DNA of 64,000 bases from an uncultured delta proteobacterium (GCA_963789395.1 CAWBKP010000025.1:1-64000); one strand, 5' to 3'; shown: positions 21,181-31,217, counted from the stretch's first letter. The notes: generated from the sequence alone by a model not told the origin. A program made the numbers and translations.

Positions 21181-21203
21181 TTGTTCTTTATTCGCTTTAT
21201 TTG

Positions 21204-21254
21204 TTATGCAATCTGTAAAAGCAATTGACAATTTGCATAAAACTTTGTTAGCCT
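21204..21254 (+). promoter_or_regulatory. Putative sigma70 promoter and palindromic operator of the ATPase gene
   Basis: TTGACA (21225)-18 bp-TAGCCT, with ATG 6 nt later. Inverted repeat TTATGCAA..TTGCATAA. Confidence 0.5.
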
Positions 21255-21260
21255 GTTGCC

Positions 21261-22424
21261 ATGATCCAGCGAAATGTAAAAGAAACAATTGAAAACCTGC
21301 TGGGCGGATTTCCCATTGTTACCCTGACAGGCCCGCGTCAGTCGGGCAAGACGACCCTTGCCAGGGCGGTTTTTGAAAATCATCCATATGCGTCTCTGGA
21401 AGAGCCTGATCTGCGGCAAGCCGCCAATGCAGACCCCCGTTCTTTTCTCGCACGATTTCCCGACGGCGCGGTTCTGGATGAAGTGCAGCGGTGTCCGGAA
21501 ATCTTGTCCTATCTTCAAACCCTGGTGGATAAGGATCGCCGAATGGGCCTGTTTATATTGACAGGGTCCCAGCAGTTCGGTCTAATGTCCGGCATTACGC
21601 AATCTCTTGCAGGACGAACCGCTTTTGTGGAATTACTCCCTTTTTCCGTACCGGAACTGGCCCTTGCGGACAAGCTGCCGATTGATATTGATGCCATGAT
21701 GTTGACCGGCTGCTATCCACCTATCTATGATCGCGGATTAACGCCCGCAGCCTGGTACAGCGCTTATGTAGCGGCCTATGTGGAACGGGATGTCAGGCAA
21801 ATGCTCAAAATTCAGGATCTGGAAACGTTCCAGCGTTTTGTCAGGCTATGTGCGGGCAGGACGGGACAGCTTCTGAATCTGTCTTCCCTGGCAACCGAAT
21901 GCGGCGTTACCCACAATACCGCAAAATCATGGATATCTGTTCTGGAGGCCAGTTATTTGGTCTTTCTCCTGCGCCCCCATCACGTCAGTTTTAACAAGCG
22001 ACTGGTAAAGATGCCCAAACTGTATTTCTATGATGCGGGCCTGGTATCCTGGCTTTTGGGAATCCGGACAACCGATCAAATGGTAACCCATCCGTTGCGG
22101 GGCAGCATTTTTGAGACCTTTATCATATCGGAGCTGGTCAAATCAAAATTGAACCAGGGCGAAAAGCCGGCTTTTTCATTCTGGCGGGACAGCAACGGCA
22201 ACGAGATTGATCTCCTTGTTGAGCAGGGAACTCGGCTGATCCCGATTGAGATCAAGTCGGGCCGAACCCTGACACATGAAGCATTTGCCGGACTTCATAA
22301 ATGGTGCGCCCTGGCCGGAGACAAGGCCGGTGCACCCGCGTTGATCTATGCTGGAGATGAAGCCTATCAGCACAAAGGAATAAATGTTCTGGGGTGGCGG
22401 GAGTGCGGGCATTTGCTTGAATGA
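21261..22424 (+). CDS. AAA+ superfamily ATPase (AAA_14 plus DUF4143)
   Basis: GPRQSGKTT, LDEVQR, ILTGS, KMPKLYFYDAG and WRDSNGNEIDL..IEIKSG (PD-(D/E)xK-like tail). Confidence 0.9.
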   Translation: MIQRNVKETIENLLGGFPIVTLTGPRQSGKTTLARAVFENHPYASLEEPDLRQAANADPRSFLARFPDGAVLDEVQRCPEILSYLQTLVDKDRRMGLFILTGSQQFGLMSGITQSLAGRTAFVELLPFSVPELALADKLPIDIDAMMLTGCYPPIYDRGLTPAAWYSAYVAAYVERDVRQMLKIQDLETFQRFVRLCAGRTGQLLNLSSLATECGVTHNTAKSWISVLEASYLVFLLRPHHVSFNKRLVKMPKLYFYDAGLVSWLLGIRTTDQMVTHPLRGSIFETFIISELVKSKLNQGEKPAFSFWRDSNGNEIDLLVEQGTRLIPIEIKSGRTLTHEAFAGLHKWCALAGDKAGAPALIYAGDEAYQHKGINVLGWRECGHLLE

Positions 22425-22436
22425 AAAGGCTTGTGG

Positions 22437-22507
22437 AAAAAGGGGACAGATTGATTATTTTGTCAAAGGGGGATTAACGGGACGTTTTTTATATATTTAT
22501 ATTCAAC
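22437..22507. repeat. Terminal repeat AAAAGGGGACAGATTGATTATTTTGT followed by a GGGACGTT-type end
   Basis: 22437-22470 matches 19497-19530. 22479-22507 matches 30064-30092 at 27 of 29 positions. Confidence 0.8.
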
Positions 22508-22566
22508 TGCAGATTTTGAATAGATATTGTCAGATCCTGCAAATCATGAAGAAAAAATAACTTAGG

Positions 22567-22965
22567 TTACTCCCAATCTTCAATTTTGAGGTCTGTGATT
22601 CGTCCAAATTCCCGAGTATTGTGTTTAGCAAGAATCGCATCATGTACTGACGCTATGGCCGAAATCATCAAATCGTTCGGCCCGATCGGGGTACCCTTCC
22701 GAACGAGATCGGAACGTATCTCGCCGTATCTTCTGGCTGCATCGTCGTCAAAGGAAAGTGATTCGAAATTTGCAAACAATTCATCTAAAAGCACTATGTT
22801 TTTATGGACTCGGCTACTTTTCATGGCTCCGAAGAACAATTCGGCTTTTACCACTGCGCAAAGATAAATTGTTGAAGGGTCAGCAGCAAGAAATCGAACC
22901 TTAACCTGATTCTCTCCTGGATTTAAAAAACGAATCCACACATTGGTATCAGGCAGAAAGATCAC
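22567..22965 (-). CDS. vapC: VapC-family PIN-domain toxin
   Basis: DTNVWI, VKAELFFG, FDDDAA, PIGPNDLMI and HNTREF..IEDW. Confidence 0.9.
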   Translation of the reverse strand: MIFLPDTNVWIRFLNPGENQVKVRFLAADPSTIYLCAVVKAELFFGAMKSSRVHKNIVLLDELFANFESLSFDDDAARRYGEIRSDLVRKGTPIGPNDLMISAIASVHDAILAKHNTREFGRITDLKIEDWE

Positions 22966-23255
22966 TATAATTCCTCACGCGTCTCATAATTTCCCTGCTC
23001 TTCTCTGACGAGTGGTTCCCCATCCCATGCACCTACGAACCGATCAAGAGGCGATTCCGACCTTCTGTGATGGATTGATTTTTTACTATCAAGAGGCAGG
23101 AGAATTATTTCCACCAAGCGATTCTTAAGATTTCCAGGGATTTCAATGATTCCTTCCAGCAGATTGCTCTGGATGGTTTGGCGAACAAACGCTGCTTGCG
23201 AAAATTGCGATTTGCTTTTCAAAGACTTTGTTGCCATTTGCATCCTCTTCCACAT
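22965..23255 (-). CDS. Putative antitoxin partner of VapC
   Basis: Small ORF whose stop overlaps the vapC start. Acidic tail REEQGNYETREEL. Start uncertain. Confidence 0.6.
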   Translation of the reverse strand: MWKRMQMATKSLKSKSQFSQAAFVRQTIQSNLLEGIIEIPGNLKNRLVEIILLPLDSKKSIHHRRSESPLDRFVGAWDGEPLVREEQGNYETREEL

Positions 23256-23406
23256 AATATAGAATCGATGTGTTGGATCGAGATAATGAGTTTATTCGCT
23301 ATGCTACTATTCTAATTATTATTAGATAAGGCATATATAGTGTTCGGTTTCAATCTTTTTTTCAGGGTCATGAGACTGGACGTTCTTCGCTGGAACCGGG
23401 TCGAGG

Positions 23407-23543
23407 AAAAGGGGACAGATTTATTTATTATTCTGCCCTTTATTCACGAACCCCTTGCACAATCCGGGTGGGGAAGGTAAGGAGCCTCGTATATGATAAA
23501 GACACAGATGGATTGAAAAGAATAAATAAATCTGTTTCCTTTA
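23407..23543. repeat. Cluster of GGGGACAGAT-family terminal repeats
   Basis: AAAAGGGGACAGATTTATTTATT (23407), degenerate TCTGCCCTTTATT (23432) and AATAAATAAATCTGTTTCCTTT (23521). Confidence 0.8.
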
Positions 23544-23638
23544 AGCATCTAAGGGTCACGTTCTGAAAATGTCAGGATAACGGGTTGACCCCTGCCTGTT
23601 ATTGCGCCAGCACTTTTTCTGCTTCCCGACGGGCCGCT

Positions 23639-24139
23639 TCAAAGGGATCCGGGGAAGCAGTTACTATCTTCCGATTCGCTGTCGGACGGAATGATGTAAA
23701 AATAAAGGGCCTGTACCAGGATAAAGAGACAGAGCCCCAGAGGCCATGCAGCCCTTGAACCGGAGCCGATGGTTCCCACCAGGGCGATGCCGCCGACCAC
23801 GGTGACCAGCTCGGCAATCAGGGCCCGGATCGGCGTGTCGCTGAAGCAGATGCCGCTTCGCACCCAGCACAGCACGCCCAGTGCCAGCGCGTAAAATCCG
23901 ATCCGGGTGCCCGGCCAAATTGCCGCTCCCAGCAAGAGGGCCAGGGGAAACAGGATCGGCAGCGGGCGGGTGCGGCTCCACCTGGCCAGAAGCAGGGCGT
24001 AGATGGCCAGATCCATCCAGAGGACCCATTTGAAGGCGGCCGGATAGCTGCCGAATCTGCCCAGCAAGTCACTCACGGGCAAGGCCAGAAACCCGCTGAC
24101 CAGTGCAAAGACAATGGTGGTGCGGATGGGTTTATTCAT
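23639..24139 (-). CDS. Hypothetical integral membrane protein
   Basis: 166 aa with several hydrophobic segments. ATGA overlap with the pspA-like gene. Confidence 0.7.
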   Translation of the reverse strand: MNKPIRTTIVFALVSGFLALPVSDLLGRFGSYPAAFKWVLWMDLAIYALLLARWSRTRPLPILFPLALLLGAAIWPGTRIGFYALALGVLCWVRSGICFSDTPIRALIAELVTVVGGIALVGTIGSGSRAAWPLGLCLFILVQALYFYIIPSDSESEDSNCFPGSL

Positions 24140-24696
24140 GTCGCACCTCCTTGCTTCAGGGCTTCTTTTCGCTGCAGCAGCTCGAGCTCGATCTCTTCAT
24201 CCGCGGGGGCCGATGAGAAGCCGGATTCGGCCGGCACTTCGGCGGCATCTGCAAAGGATCGCTGCTCGGCCCGGTTGCAGTATTCGGCGGCCTTAACTTT
24301 CAGCTCCTGGTATTGCAGCAGCTGCTGGTTCAGGATTTCGGCCAGATGCGCCCCCTCCTCTTCAATGCGTTGCATCTGATGCTGCATCCCGTCGCAGCCG
24401 GCCTGGAGCATGCGGCGCTTCCGGATCAGCACCCTGGCGATATCATCCTTGTCTTTGCGGACGGCCAGTTCAAGATCCTTTTCCAGTTTTTCCCTCTCCA
24501 GATTCTGCCGGCAAAGATCCCGTTGAATCTGCCGGCAGCTCTGGTGAAGCGGTGATTGACGCGCCTGCTTTTCCTTCAAGGCGCTCTCCATCTCCCGCAA
24601 GTACTGCTTGAGCAGGAGCCCCTTGTCTTCGATCTGATCCATGACACCATGAAGATCGGCCTTACATAGACGAGACATGCGGGTTAGAATGCTCAT
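24136..24696 (-). CDS. PspA/IM30-family protein
   Basis: MSILTRMSRLCKADLHGVMDQIEDKGLLLKQYLREME, coiled coil, EIELEL tail. RBS AAGGAG. Confidence 0.85.
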   Translation of the reverse strand: MSILTRMSRLCKADLHGVMDQIEDKGLLLKQYLREMESALKEKQARQSPLHQSCRQIQRDLCRQNLEREKLEKDLELAVRKDKDDIARVLIRKRRMLQAGCDGMQHQMQRIEEEGAHLAEILNQQLLQYQELKVKAAEYCNRAEQRSFADAAEVPAESGFSSAPADEEIELELLQRKEALKQGGAT

Positions 24697-24762
24697 GTTG
24701 GTCTCCTTTTTTCTGTTGAAGAAAATACCTGACAATTGGATGCGTTTGAATGCGAACAGGAA

Positions 24763-26205
24763 TTATTTCTTGTCGCGCCGGATCTGGTAACTTTCGTACT
24801 GCAACGCTTTGGAATTCAGTTTTTTCTTTTCAGCTACGGCGGCAGGAGGTCCCGCAAAGGTGTTTTCAACGCTTTGGCGCAGGGTCTGGACGTCTGTTTT
24901 CAAATTCCCGGCAACGGCTGCCGAACCCACGGTTGCGTTAATCGCCTCATTGCGCGTCTCGTACTCCCGAATCCGGTCCAGGGCCTTGTCCTTTTCTCCC
25001 TTTGCGATGGCGTCGGCCACGCCTTCCTTGAGCTGGCTGTAGTCTTCCTGAATCACCCGCGCACTCCAGGCCGGTTCATCGATGCTTGCCGTCACTTCCG
25101 CCGGATCCTTCACGCAGGCAAGGACCATTTGCCCGGAAGTGGCGATGCGATGGGCCTTGTCGTTGTGATTGAACCGCAGCTGAAATTCATCTATGATAAA
25201 TTCCGCTTCTTTGTCGGTGGGTACATGAAAGGTTAAAAAGAGATTGCGCTGTTGGCCGGAGAGCAGATCTCCGGGGCGAATCACGGCATGATCGCCGTTA
25301 ACCTGGATGGGATACCCGGCGGCGTTCACCAACCGGATTCCGTTTCCCAGCGGAACCAGGATTTCCACACCGGAAGCCACGACGTTTCGCGTGTCTTGAA
25401 ATTCCTTGTCAAACACCTGCGCAAACTTTTGGGGGTCTTCCAGGAAATAATAGCGGCCGGCGCCATGATCCGCCAACGTGGTCATGAGGATTTCATTGAA
25501 ATCAGCACCGACACCCACCGTGCTCACGGCAACGTTCTGTGATGCGGCGCCGGAGGCCATGTTGCCCAGTTCCCGGGGATCGATGACCCCCTGGTTGGCC
25601 TGGCCGTCGGAGATCAGAATCACCCGCCGCTGACGGCCGTTGGCCGGGGTCTGCATCAGGGTCTGAATGCCGTGCTTCAGTCCGGCGCCGAGGTTGGTGC
25701 CGCCCTCGGCATTCACCTGGCTCACCACCGTCTTTAATTGATGCCGGTGGGCCTCATCCATGCCGACCAGGGGAGAGAGCACTTCAACGCCGTTTGAATA
25801 GGTGATGATCGACAGTCGGTCGGCAGCGGTCATCCGGTCGATCAGCTGCGTCACGGCCAGGCGGGCATCGCTTAACTTCCGGCCCGCCATGGAGCCGCTG
25901 CGGTCCAATACGATCACCAGATCGGCATGGCCGATCGGCCGGTGATCCGGCCGGGGGATTTCCGCGGCATCCAGCGTCAGAGATACCGCCACCTGCCCGT
26001 CCGAGCCTTTAAGAACCTTTTCCTGGACCAGCTGCGCACGGACCGCCACCACATCCGTATTGACGGGTGCAGGGTCCTTGGGGGGGTGATTTGAACTGAA
26101 GAGCTCCGCAAAAACCGAATTGCCCGATCCCACATAGGCCAGCGTCGCGCTTGCTACGATGATCAGACCGAGAACCGCCAGAAAGCTGTTTTTATAGATT
26201 TTCAT
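24763..26205 (-). CDS. Secreted or membrane-anchored von Willebrand factor A domain protein
   Basis: N-terminal hydrophobic segment. MIDAS motifs VLDRSGSM, GGTNL and ISDGQAN. RBS AAGGAG before ATG 26205. Confidence 0.85.
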   Translation of the reverse strand: MKIYKNSFLAVLGLIIVASATLAYVGSGNSVFAELFSSNHPPKDPAPVNTDVVAVRAQLVQEKVLKGSDGQVAVSLTLDAAEIPRPDHRPIGHADLVIVLDRSGSMAGRKLSDARLAVTQLIDRMTAADRLSIITYSNGVEVLSPLVGMDEAHRHQLKTVVSQVNAEGGTNLGAGLKHGIQTLMQTPANGRQRRVILISDGQANQGVIDPRELGNMASGAASQNVAVSTVGVGADFNEILMTTLADHGAGRYYFLEDPQKFAQVFDKEFQDTRNVVASGVEILVPLGNGIRLVNAAGYPIQVNGDHAVIRPGDLLSGQQRNLFLTFHVPTDKEAEFIIDEFQLRFNHNDKAHRIATSGQMVLACVKDPAEVTASIDEPAWSARVIQEDYSQLKEGVADAIAKGEKDKALDRIREYETRNEAINATVGSAAVAGNLKTDVQTLRQSVENTFAGPPAAVAEKKKLNSKALQYESYQIRRDKK

Positions 26206-26448
26206 TTGTCTTCTCCTTTTTGTGTCTGGGTGTGATGGGTGCTTGTCCCGGATCGTTTGCCTGGATTCTAAGTGAAATCGAGGAAAAGACAATTCAAAGA
26301 AATGCAAAAGGTTATGTCCGTTTTTTTGCAAAAGTTTTTCTTTGCATGAAGGGATGAATCATGTCATACAGTGGGCGGCACCCTCACGCCGGGGCCGGGT
26401 CCGAAGCGCCGGCGACTTGTTTCAACCCATGACAAAAAGAGGTCTTCC

Positions 26449-27148
26449 ATGAAGCATCCCAAAGCCAGAATCCTTGTGGTGGAAGATGATCCGTCCATTT
26501 TAAACGGTCTTCAGGATGTGCTGGTCTTTAACGGCTATGCGGTGGAGGGCGTGGCCGACGGCGGCCTGGGGCTGGCTGCGGCGCTTGAAAAATCCCATGA
26601 TCTGCTGCTTCTGGATGTGATGCTGCCCACCCTGGACGGCTTTTCCATTTGCAGACAGGTGCGAAAGCAAAAACCCAATCAGGCCATCGTCATGATCACC
26701 GCCAAAGGATCCGAAGACGATGTGATCGCCGGCTTTAAAGCCGGGGCGGACGACTATGTGAGCAAGCCCTTTTCGCTCCGGGAACTCATGGTCCGGGTGG
26801 AGGCGGTGCTTCGCCGGAGCGGGAAACAGGTGGGCGGGGAGCAGAATCGCGCTTTCCGGTATCCGGTTTGACGGCCGGAACCTTCGGGCGATTTGCGGCG
26901 AGGCGGTGCTGGAGATCACCCGCCGGGAGATGGATATCATCGTGTATCTTTTCCGCAATCAGCAGCGCATCGTCTCCAAAAAGGAACTGCTGACCGAAGT
27001 ATGGCACTATGCCGATGCCGGCATCGAAACCCGCACGGTGGACATCCATATCCAGAAGCTGCGCAAAAAGCTCATGTCGTTAACCCCGGAACGCGCCCTG
27101 ATCCAAACCGTACGGGGGGAAGGCTATCGTCTGGAGCCCGAGCCATGA
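26449..27148 (+). CDS. OmpR/PhoB-family response regulator (frameshift near 26850-26900)
   Basis: Receiver VEDD..LDVMLP..GADDYVSKPF. Winged helix ITRRE..RTVDIHIQKLRKK..TVRGEGY is in a second frame. Confidence 0.85.
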
Positions 27149-29103
27149 AGCGCCTGAAACTGCTGATCCTGTTGTTTTGCATCGCCATATCCCTGCCGCT
27201 TGCCTATGTGGTCCGGCAGTCGTTTCAAGGGCTGGCCGAGGAGGAGCGTGCCCAGTTGCGCTTTTTCAGCCAGGCCCTCTTTGACGAGATGGAGACAAAG
27301 CTCGCCCAGTGGGTTCAGCTGGAAGAAAATCGCGCCGTCGATGAATACCATCATACCCTGTCCGATGGCCGCGGCGGCAGCCTGTCCCCGCTGGCCCAGC
27401 CGCCCCGGGAAGACTACATTCTGGGCTATTTTCAGAACAACCCCGACGGATCGTTTCAAACGCCGCTGCTGGCAGATCCGGGGAAGGTTACCGAAGCCAA
27501 TCGCGACGTAATCGCCCGGCTTCAGGCCGCAAACAGCATTTTCAACCGCAGGAAGCTCACCCTGGCAGCGGCGCCGCCAGCGCCGGAACCCAAAAAGATG
27601 GCCGCCGATACGCCCAAAATGGAAGCCGGGAAAAAAGAAAAGGACGGTTTTGCCGATCGTTACCTGGCCCGGCCCCAGGAGCAGGCGGCCAAAAGCTATC
27701 TGGGTCAAAAAACGAAGCGGACCGAAGAGATCACCGCCGGCCAGGCACTGAACCTCTCCAGGGAAGATCCGTCCATCCTGGGCTCCGGCGCGGCCCGGGA
27801 CAAGGGACTGGCGCCTGTCCCTGCGAATGCAGGCGGCAAAAAAAGCCCGGTTGATACGCCGGATTCAAAGACAGATGAAATCCGCCCGGCTCCGGCACGG
27901 CAATTGAAGGCAGCCGCGTCAGCACCGGGAGCCTCCGGGTCGGTATCGGATCTCAAGCGCTTTGAGGTCGAAGTGGCGCCCCTGCAATCGATATCGATCG
28001 GCGACGGTCAATTTTTCATCTTCCGGCGCGTTGCCATCAACAATCAAATCTTTCGTCAGGGGTTTGTCCTAAAGGCCCTGCCGTTTTTAAGCCATCTGGC
28101 GGCCACGTATTTTGAAAGCCAGCCCATGGCCCGGTTTACCGGTTTGAGCCTGCAGGTGATGGACAACGGCCGGAAAAGCGAAATGGTTCGGGCCGGCGCG
28201 CCTGTTTCCTCGGGCGGTTTCATGACTCAGCGGACCTTTCCGGCGCCCTTTGATTTTATCAGCGCCGCGGTCCGGGCCGATGCCCTTCCGGCCTCTCCTG
28301 CCCGGCGCACCCTCACGCTGGCCCTGACGGTGCTGGGCATTGTCATGCTCCTTGGGTTTTTCGCCATCTACCATAGCGTCCGCACGGTGGTCGATCTCTC
28401 CGAAAGGCGCTCGCAATTTGTCTCGTCGGTCACTCATGAACTCAAAACCCCGCTGACGAACATCCGGATGTATATCGAAATGCTGGAGCAGGGGATTGCT
28501 GCGACGCCGGAACGGGAGCAGGACTATTTTCACATCCTGGGTTCGGAAAGCGCCCGCCTTTCTCGGTTGATCAACAATGTGCTGGAACTGGCCAAACTGG
28601 AAAAAAAGCAGCGCCGCTTCGATCTTCAGCCGGGCAATCTCCAGGAGGTGTTGTCCGAGGTGCGGACGGTGATGGCGCATAAACTTGCCCAGGAAGACTT
28701 TGCCCTTAAAATGGATGTCCCGGACGATTTGCGGTTTGCCTATGATCGCGAGGTGATGGTTCAGGTGCTGATCAATCTGATCGAAAACAGCATCAAATTC
28801 GGCCGATCGTCGCCGGAGCGGACCATCACCATCGCCGCGGCCTTGCGGGACGGCCTGGTTCACATCTCTGTTTCCGACACCGGGCCGGGGATTCCGGGAA
28901 AGGCCCTGAAAAAAATATTCGACGATTTTTACCGGGTCGACAGCGCGCTGACCCGCACTGCCGGCGGCACCGGGATCGGACTGGCCCTTGTGAAAAAATT
29001 CATCCTGGCCATGGAGGGGCAGGTTCGCGCGGCCAATAACTCCGGACCCGGTTGCACGATTACCTTAAGTCTGCCGGCGATCACCAAACCGGTGGCGGTC
29101 TAA
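27145..29103 (+). CDS. Sensor histidine kinase
   Basis: Two transmembrane helices flanking a large sensor region. HELKTPL, NLIENSIKF, DTGPGI and GTGIGL. Confidence 0.9.
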   Translation: MKRLKLLILLFCIAISLPLAYVVRQSFQGLAEEERAQLRFFSQALFDEMETKLAQWVQLEENRAVDEYHHTLSDGRGGSLSPLAQPPREDYILGYFQNNPDGSFQTPLLADPGKVTEANRDVIARLQAANSIFNRRKLTLAAAPPAPEPKKMAADTPKMEAGKKEKDGFADRYLARPQEQAAKSYLGQKTKRTEEITAGQALNLSREDPSILGSGAARDKGLAPVPANAGGKKSPVDTPDSKTDEIRPAPARQLKAAASAPGASGSVSDLKRFEVEVAPLQSISIGDGQFFIFRRVAINNQIFRQGFVLKALPFLSHLAATYFESQPMARFTGLSLQVMDNGRKSEMVRAGAPVSSGGFMTQRTFPAPFDFISAAVRADALPASPARRTLTLALTVLGIVMLLGFFAIYHSVRTVVDLSERRSQFVSSVTHELKTPLTNIRMYIEMLEQGIAATPEREQDYFHILGSESARLSRLINNVLELAKLEKKQRRFDLQPGNLQEVLSEVRTVMAHKLAQEDFALKMDVPDDLRFAYDREVMVQVLINLIENSIKFGRSSPERTITIAAALRDGLVHISVSDTGPGIPGKALKKIFDDFYRVDSALTRTAGGTGIGLALVKKFILAMEGQVRAANNSGPGCTITLSLPAITKPVAV

Positions 29104-29191
29104 GTCACAAAGCAGGGAAATGAGATTGGACCGGAACCAGGCGGGTGATCGCCATATTCGGCTGAAACATATACGGTGAAAAGGTGAAATA

Positions 29192-30058
29192 ATGCTGATG
29201 AAATTGACCCAGATTCTGTATGAAATCGAAAAAGGGGTGGCAACCATAACCCTGGATCGACCGGAGAAAATGAATGCTTTCACGCCGACCATGCGAAACG
29301 AACTGATCGAGGCCTTCGGGGCGGCCGATCTGGATGATTCCGTTCGCGTGGTGGTCGTAACGGGTGCAGGCAGAGCCTTCTGCGCGGGAGCGGATCTTTC
29401 CTCCGGCCCTTCCGCATTTGACAGGGGCGTCCAGGATGGCCACGAAGTCCGCATTGCCGATCACCGGGACGGCGGCGGCCGGGTATCTCTTGCCGTATTC
29501 AGATGCCGCAAGCCGGTGATTGCGGCCATCAACGGGCATGCGGTCGGCATCGGCATTACCATGACCCTGCCCATGGACATGCGAATCGTCTCCGAGGAGG
29601 CAAAGATCGGATTTCCCTTTACACGCCGAGGCGTTGTCCCGGAAGCCTGCTCATCCTGGTTCCTGCCGAGGATTGTCGGGATTTCCAAGGCCGCCGAGTG
29701 GGTATACACGGGGCGAGTCTTTCGCGCCGCTGAAGAGGCGGGATCCGGCCTTTTCAACCATGTGGTGCCGCAGGGGCAGGTACTGGACAAGGCGATGTCT
29801 ATCGCGAGGGAGATCGTGGAAAATACCTCGGCGGTTTCCGTGGCCCTCGGCAAGGCACTCCTGTGGCACGGGCAGGCGGAGCCTGACCCGCAATCGGTCC
29901 ATCTGATCGACTCGCGCTGCTTTTTCTGGACGGGCTGCCAAAAGGACTCTCACGAGGGGGTTGAAAGCTTCCTGCAGAAAAGGCCGCCACGGTTTTCCAT
30001 GAAAGTCTCTTCCGACATGCCCGATTTCTACCCGTGGTGGAAAGAACCCAAAGTATAA
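29192..30058 (+). CDS. Enoyl-CoA hydratase/isomerase (crotonase) family protein
   Basis: LDRPEKMNA, FCAGADL and KPVIAAINGHAVGIG. Confidence 0.9.
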   Translation: MLMKLTQILYEIEKGVATITLDRPEKMNAFTPTMRNELIEAFGAADLDDSVRVVVVTGAGRAFCAGADLSSGPSAFDRGVQDGHEVRIADHRDGGGRVSLAVFRCRKPVIAAINGHAVGIGITMTLPMDMRIVSEEAKIGFPFTRRGVVPEACSSWFLPRIVGISKAAEWVYTGRVFRAAEEAGSGLFNHVVPQGQVLDKAMSIAREIVENTSAVSVALGKALLWHGQAEPDPQSVHLIDSRCFFWTGCQKDSHEGVESFLQKRPPRFSMKVSSDMPDFYPWWKEPKV

Positions 30059-30062
30059 GGGT

Positions 30063-30179
30063 GGGGACGTTCTTTAGATATTTATATTCAACAACATATT
30101 TCTTGAATGGAAATTGATTCGAAATCGGCAAATAATTCATCTAAAAGCGCAATGTTTTCATGGACTCGGCTACTTTTCA
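30063..30179 (-). pseudogene. Relic of a vapC cassette: GGGGACGT end plus 71-bp internal vapC fragment
   Basis: 30109-30179 matches 22753-22823 (inside vapC) at 64 of 71 positions. It is preceded by the same end motif that flanks the intact vapC. Confidence 0.8.
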
Positions 30180-30332
30180 AAAATGAGGATAGATATATTT
30201 TGCAAATGGAAATTGTTGTGTTATGTACATGTTTGTGGCTGTGGGGATAATACCAGTGCAGAGCAAGGTTTCTCTGTGCCTAAACCGAATGCCCTGCCTG
30301 TTTGTCTTGGGTTTCCGTTGAAGCGCATGTAA

Positions 30333-30587
30333 TCAGTAATGGTAGCGCAGTTGAGCTATTTGAAACGCATCATCGGTAATCTTGTAAACGATTCGATGTT
30401 CATCATTTATACGGCGGGACCAATATCCGGAAAGTGCATGTTTCAGAGGCTCTGGCTTGCCAATTCCTTCAAAGGGGCTACGCTTAATATCCTTTATCAG
30501 GGTATTTACACGGTGGAGGATTTTTTTATCGGTCTTTTGCCAATAAAGGTAGTCCTCCCATGCATGATCCGAAAAGATTAATTTCAC
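30333..30587 (-). CDS. yoeB: YoeB/Txe toxin
   Basis: AWEDYLYWQ..PFEGIGKPEPLKH.LSGYWSRRINDEHR..RYHY. Confidence 0.95.
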   Translation of the reverse strand: MKLIFSDHAWEDYLYWQKTDKKILHRVNTLIKDIKRSPFEGIGKPEPLKHALSGYWSRRINDEHRIVYKITDDAFQIAQLRYHY

Positions 30588-30835
30588 TCGACAAGGTCCC
30601 TTTCGGTGCCTTTTTCATCTTCAAGCTGGCTGATGGATTCGATTAAGCGCCTGGTATTTTTGGGCGATCGTAAAAGATAGGCCGTTTCCTCGAGAGCTGT
30701 GTAGTCTTCAAGGGATATGATAACCACGGAGTCGTTGGTTTTTCGCGTTATGATTACCGGGGAATGATCCTCGCAGACCTGTTCCATGGTTTTTGCCAGA
30801 TTTTGCCGGGCTGTTGTATATGTAATGGCTTTCAC
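30584..30835 (-). CDS. yefM: YefM/Phd antitoxin
   Basis: TYTTARQNLA..VCEDH.PVIITR..LEETAYLLRSP.N. Confidence 0.95.
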   Translation of the reverse strand: MKAITYTTARQNLAKTMEQVCEDHSPVIITRKTNDSVVIISLEDYTALEETAYLLRSPKNTRRLIESISQLEDEKGTERDLVE

Positions 30836-30847
30836 AAGTTACCTCCC

Positions 30848-30892
30848 TGTACATGTACATCAGAGCGTACAACATGAAAGATGTGCTGTCAA
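30848..30892 (-). promoter_or_regulatory. yefM-yoeB promoter/operator
   Basis: Minus-strand TTGACA-17 bp-TACGCT. TGTACA cores (TGTACATGTACA, CGTACA) like the known YefM operator core. Confidence 0.7.
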
Positions 30893-30900
30893 TAGGGGGA

Positions 30901-31023
30901 AAAGGGACAGATTTATTATTTCGTCAACGGGAACACCGAGGAAATCTGATAAATTAATCTGTCCCTATATTTCCGCACCACATCATCCAGCACGGCCATA
31001 ACAGGCAGGTCGTGTTTGCATCA
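30901..31023 (+). mobile_element. Inverted-repeat mini-element plus Y1 transposase fragment
   Basis: AGGGACAGATT (30903-30913) and AATCTGTCCCT (30957-30967). Then PHHIIQHGHNRQVVFAS at 30973-31023. Confidence 0.85.
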
Positions 31024-31217
31024 ACGGAAAATGGTCGTGGTTCGGGGTCGGGCCACGGGAAGAATTTGATATCGTTTGACATGGTTCTTAATTTGCACCC
31101 TATATAGCGGCAATAAACCCTTTCATGAGGCTAAAAACGGTGTTTTTCGACCTTAGAACGCTATTTGGGGTGGCGGAATGAGCCTTCAATAGACAGATTT
31201 TCTGGAAACACATTATC

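Noticed and set aside
23551..23593. AGGGTCA..TGACCCCT as a further terminal-repeat subfamily
   Set aside because: The arms are only 7-8 bp and there is no second convincing copy, so it is too weak to call.
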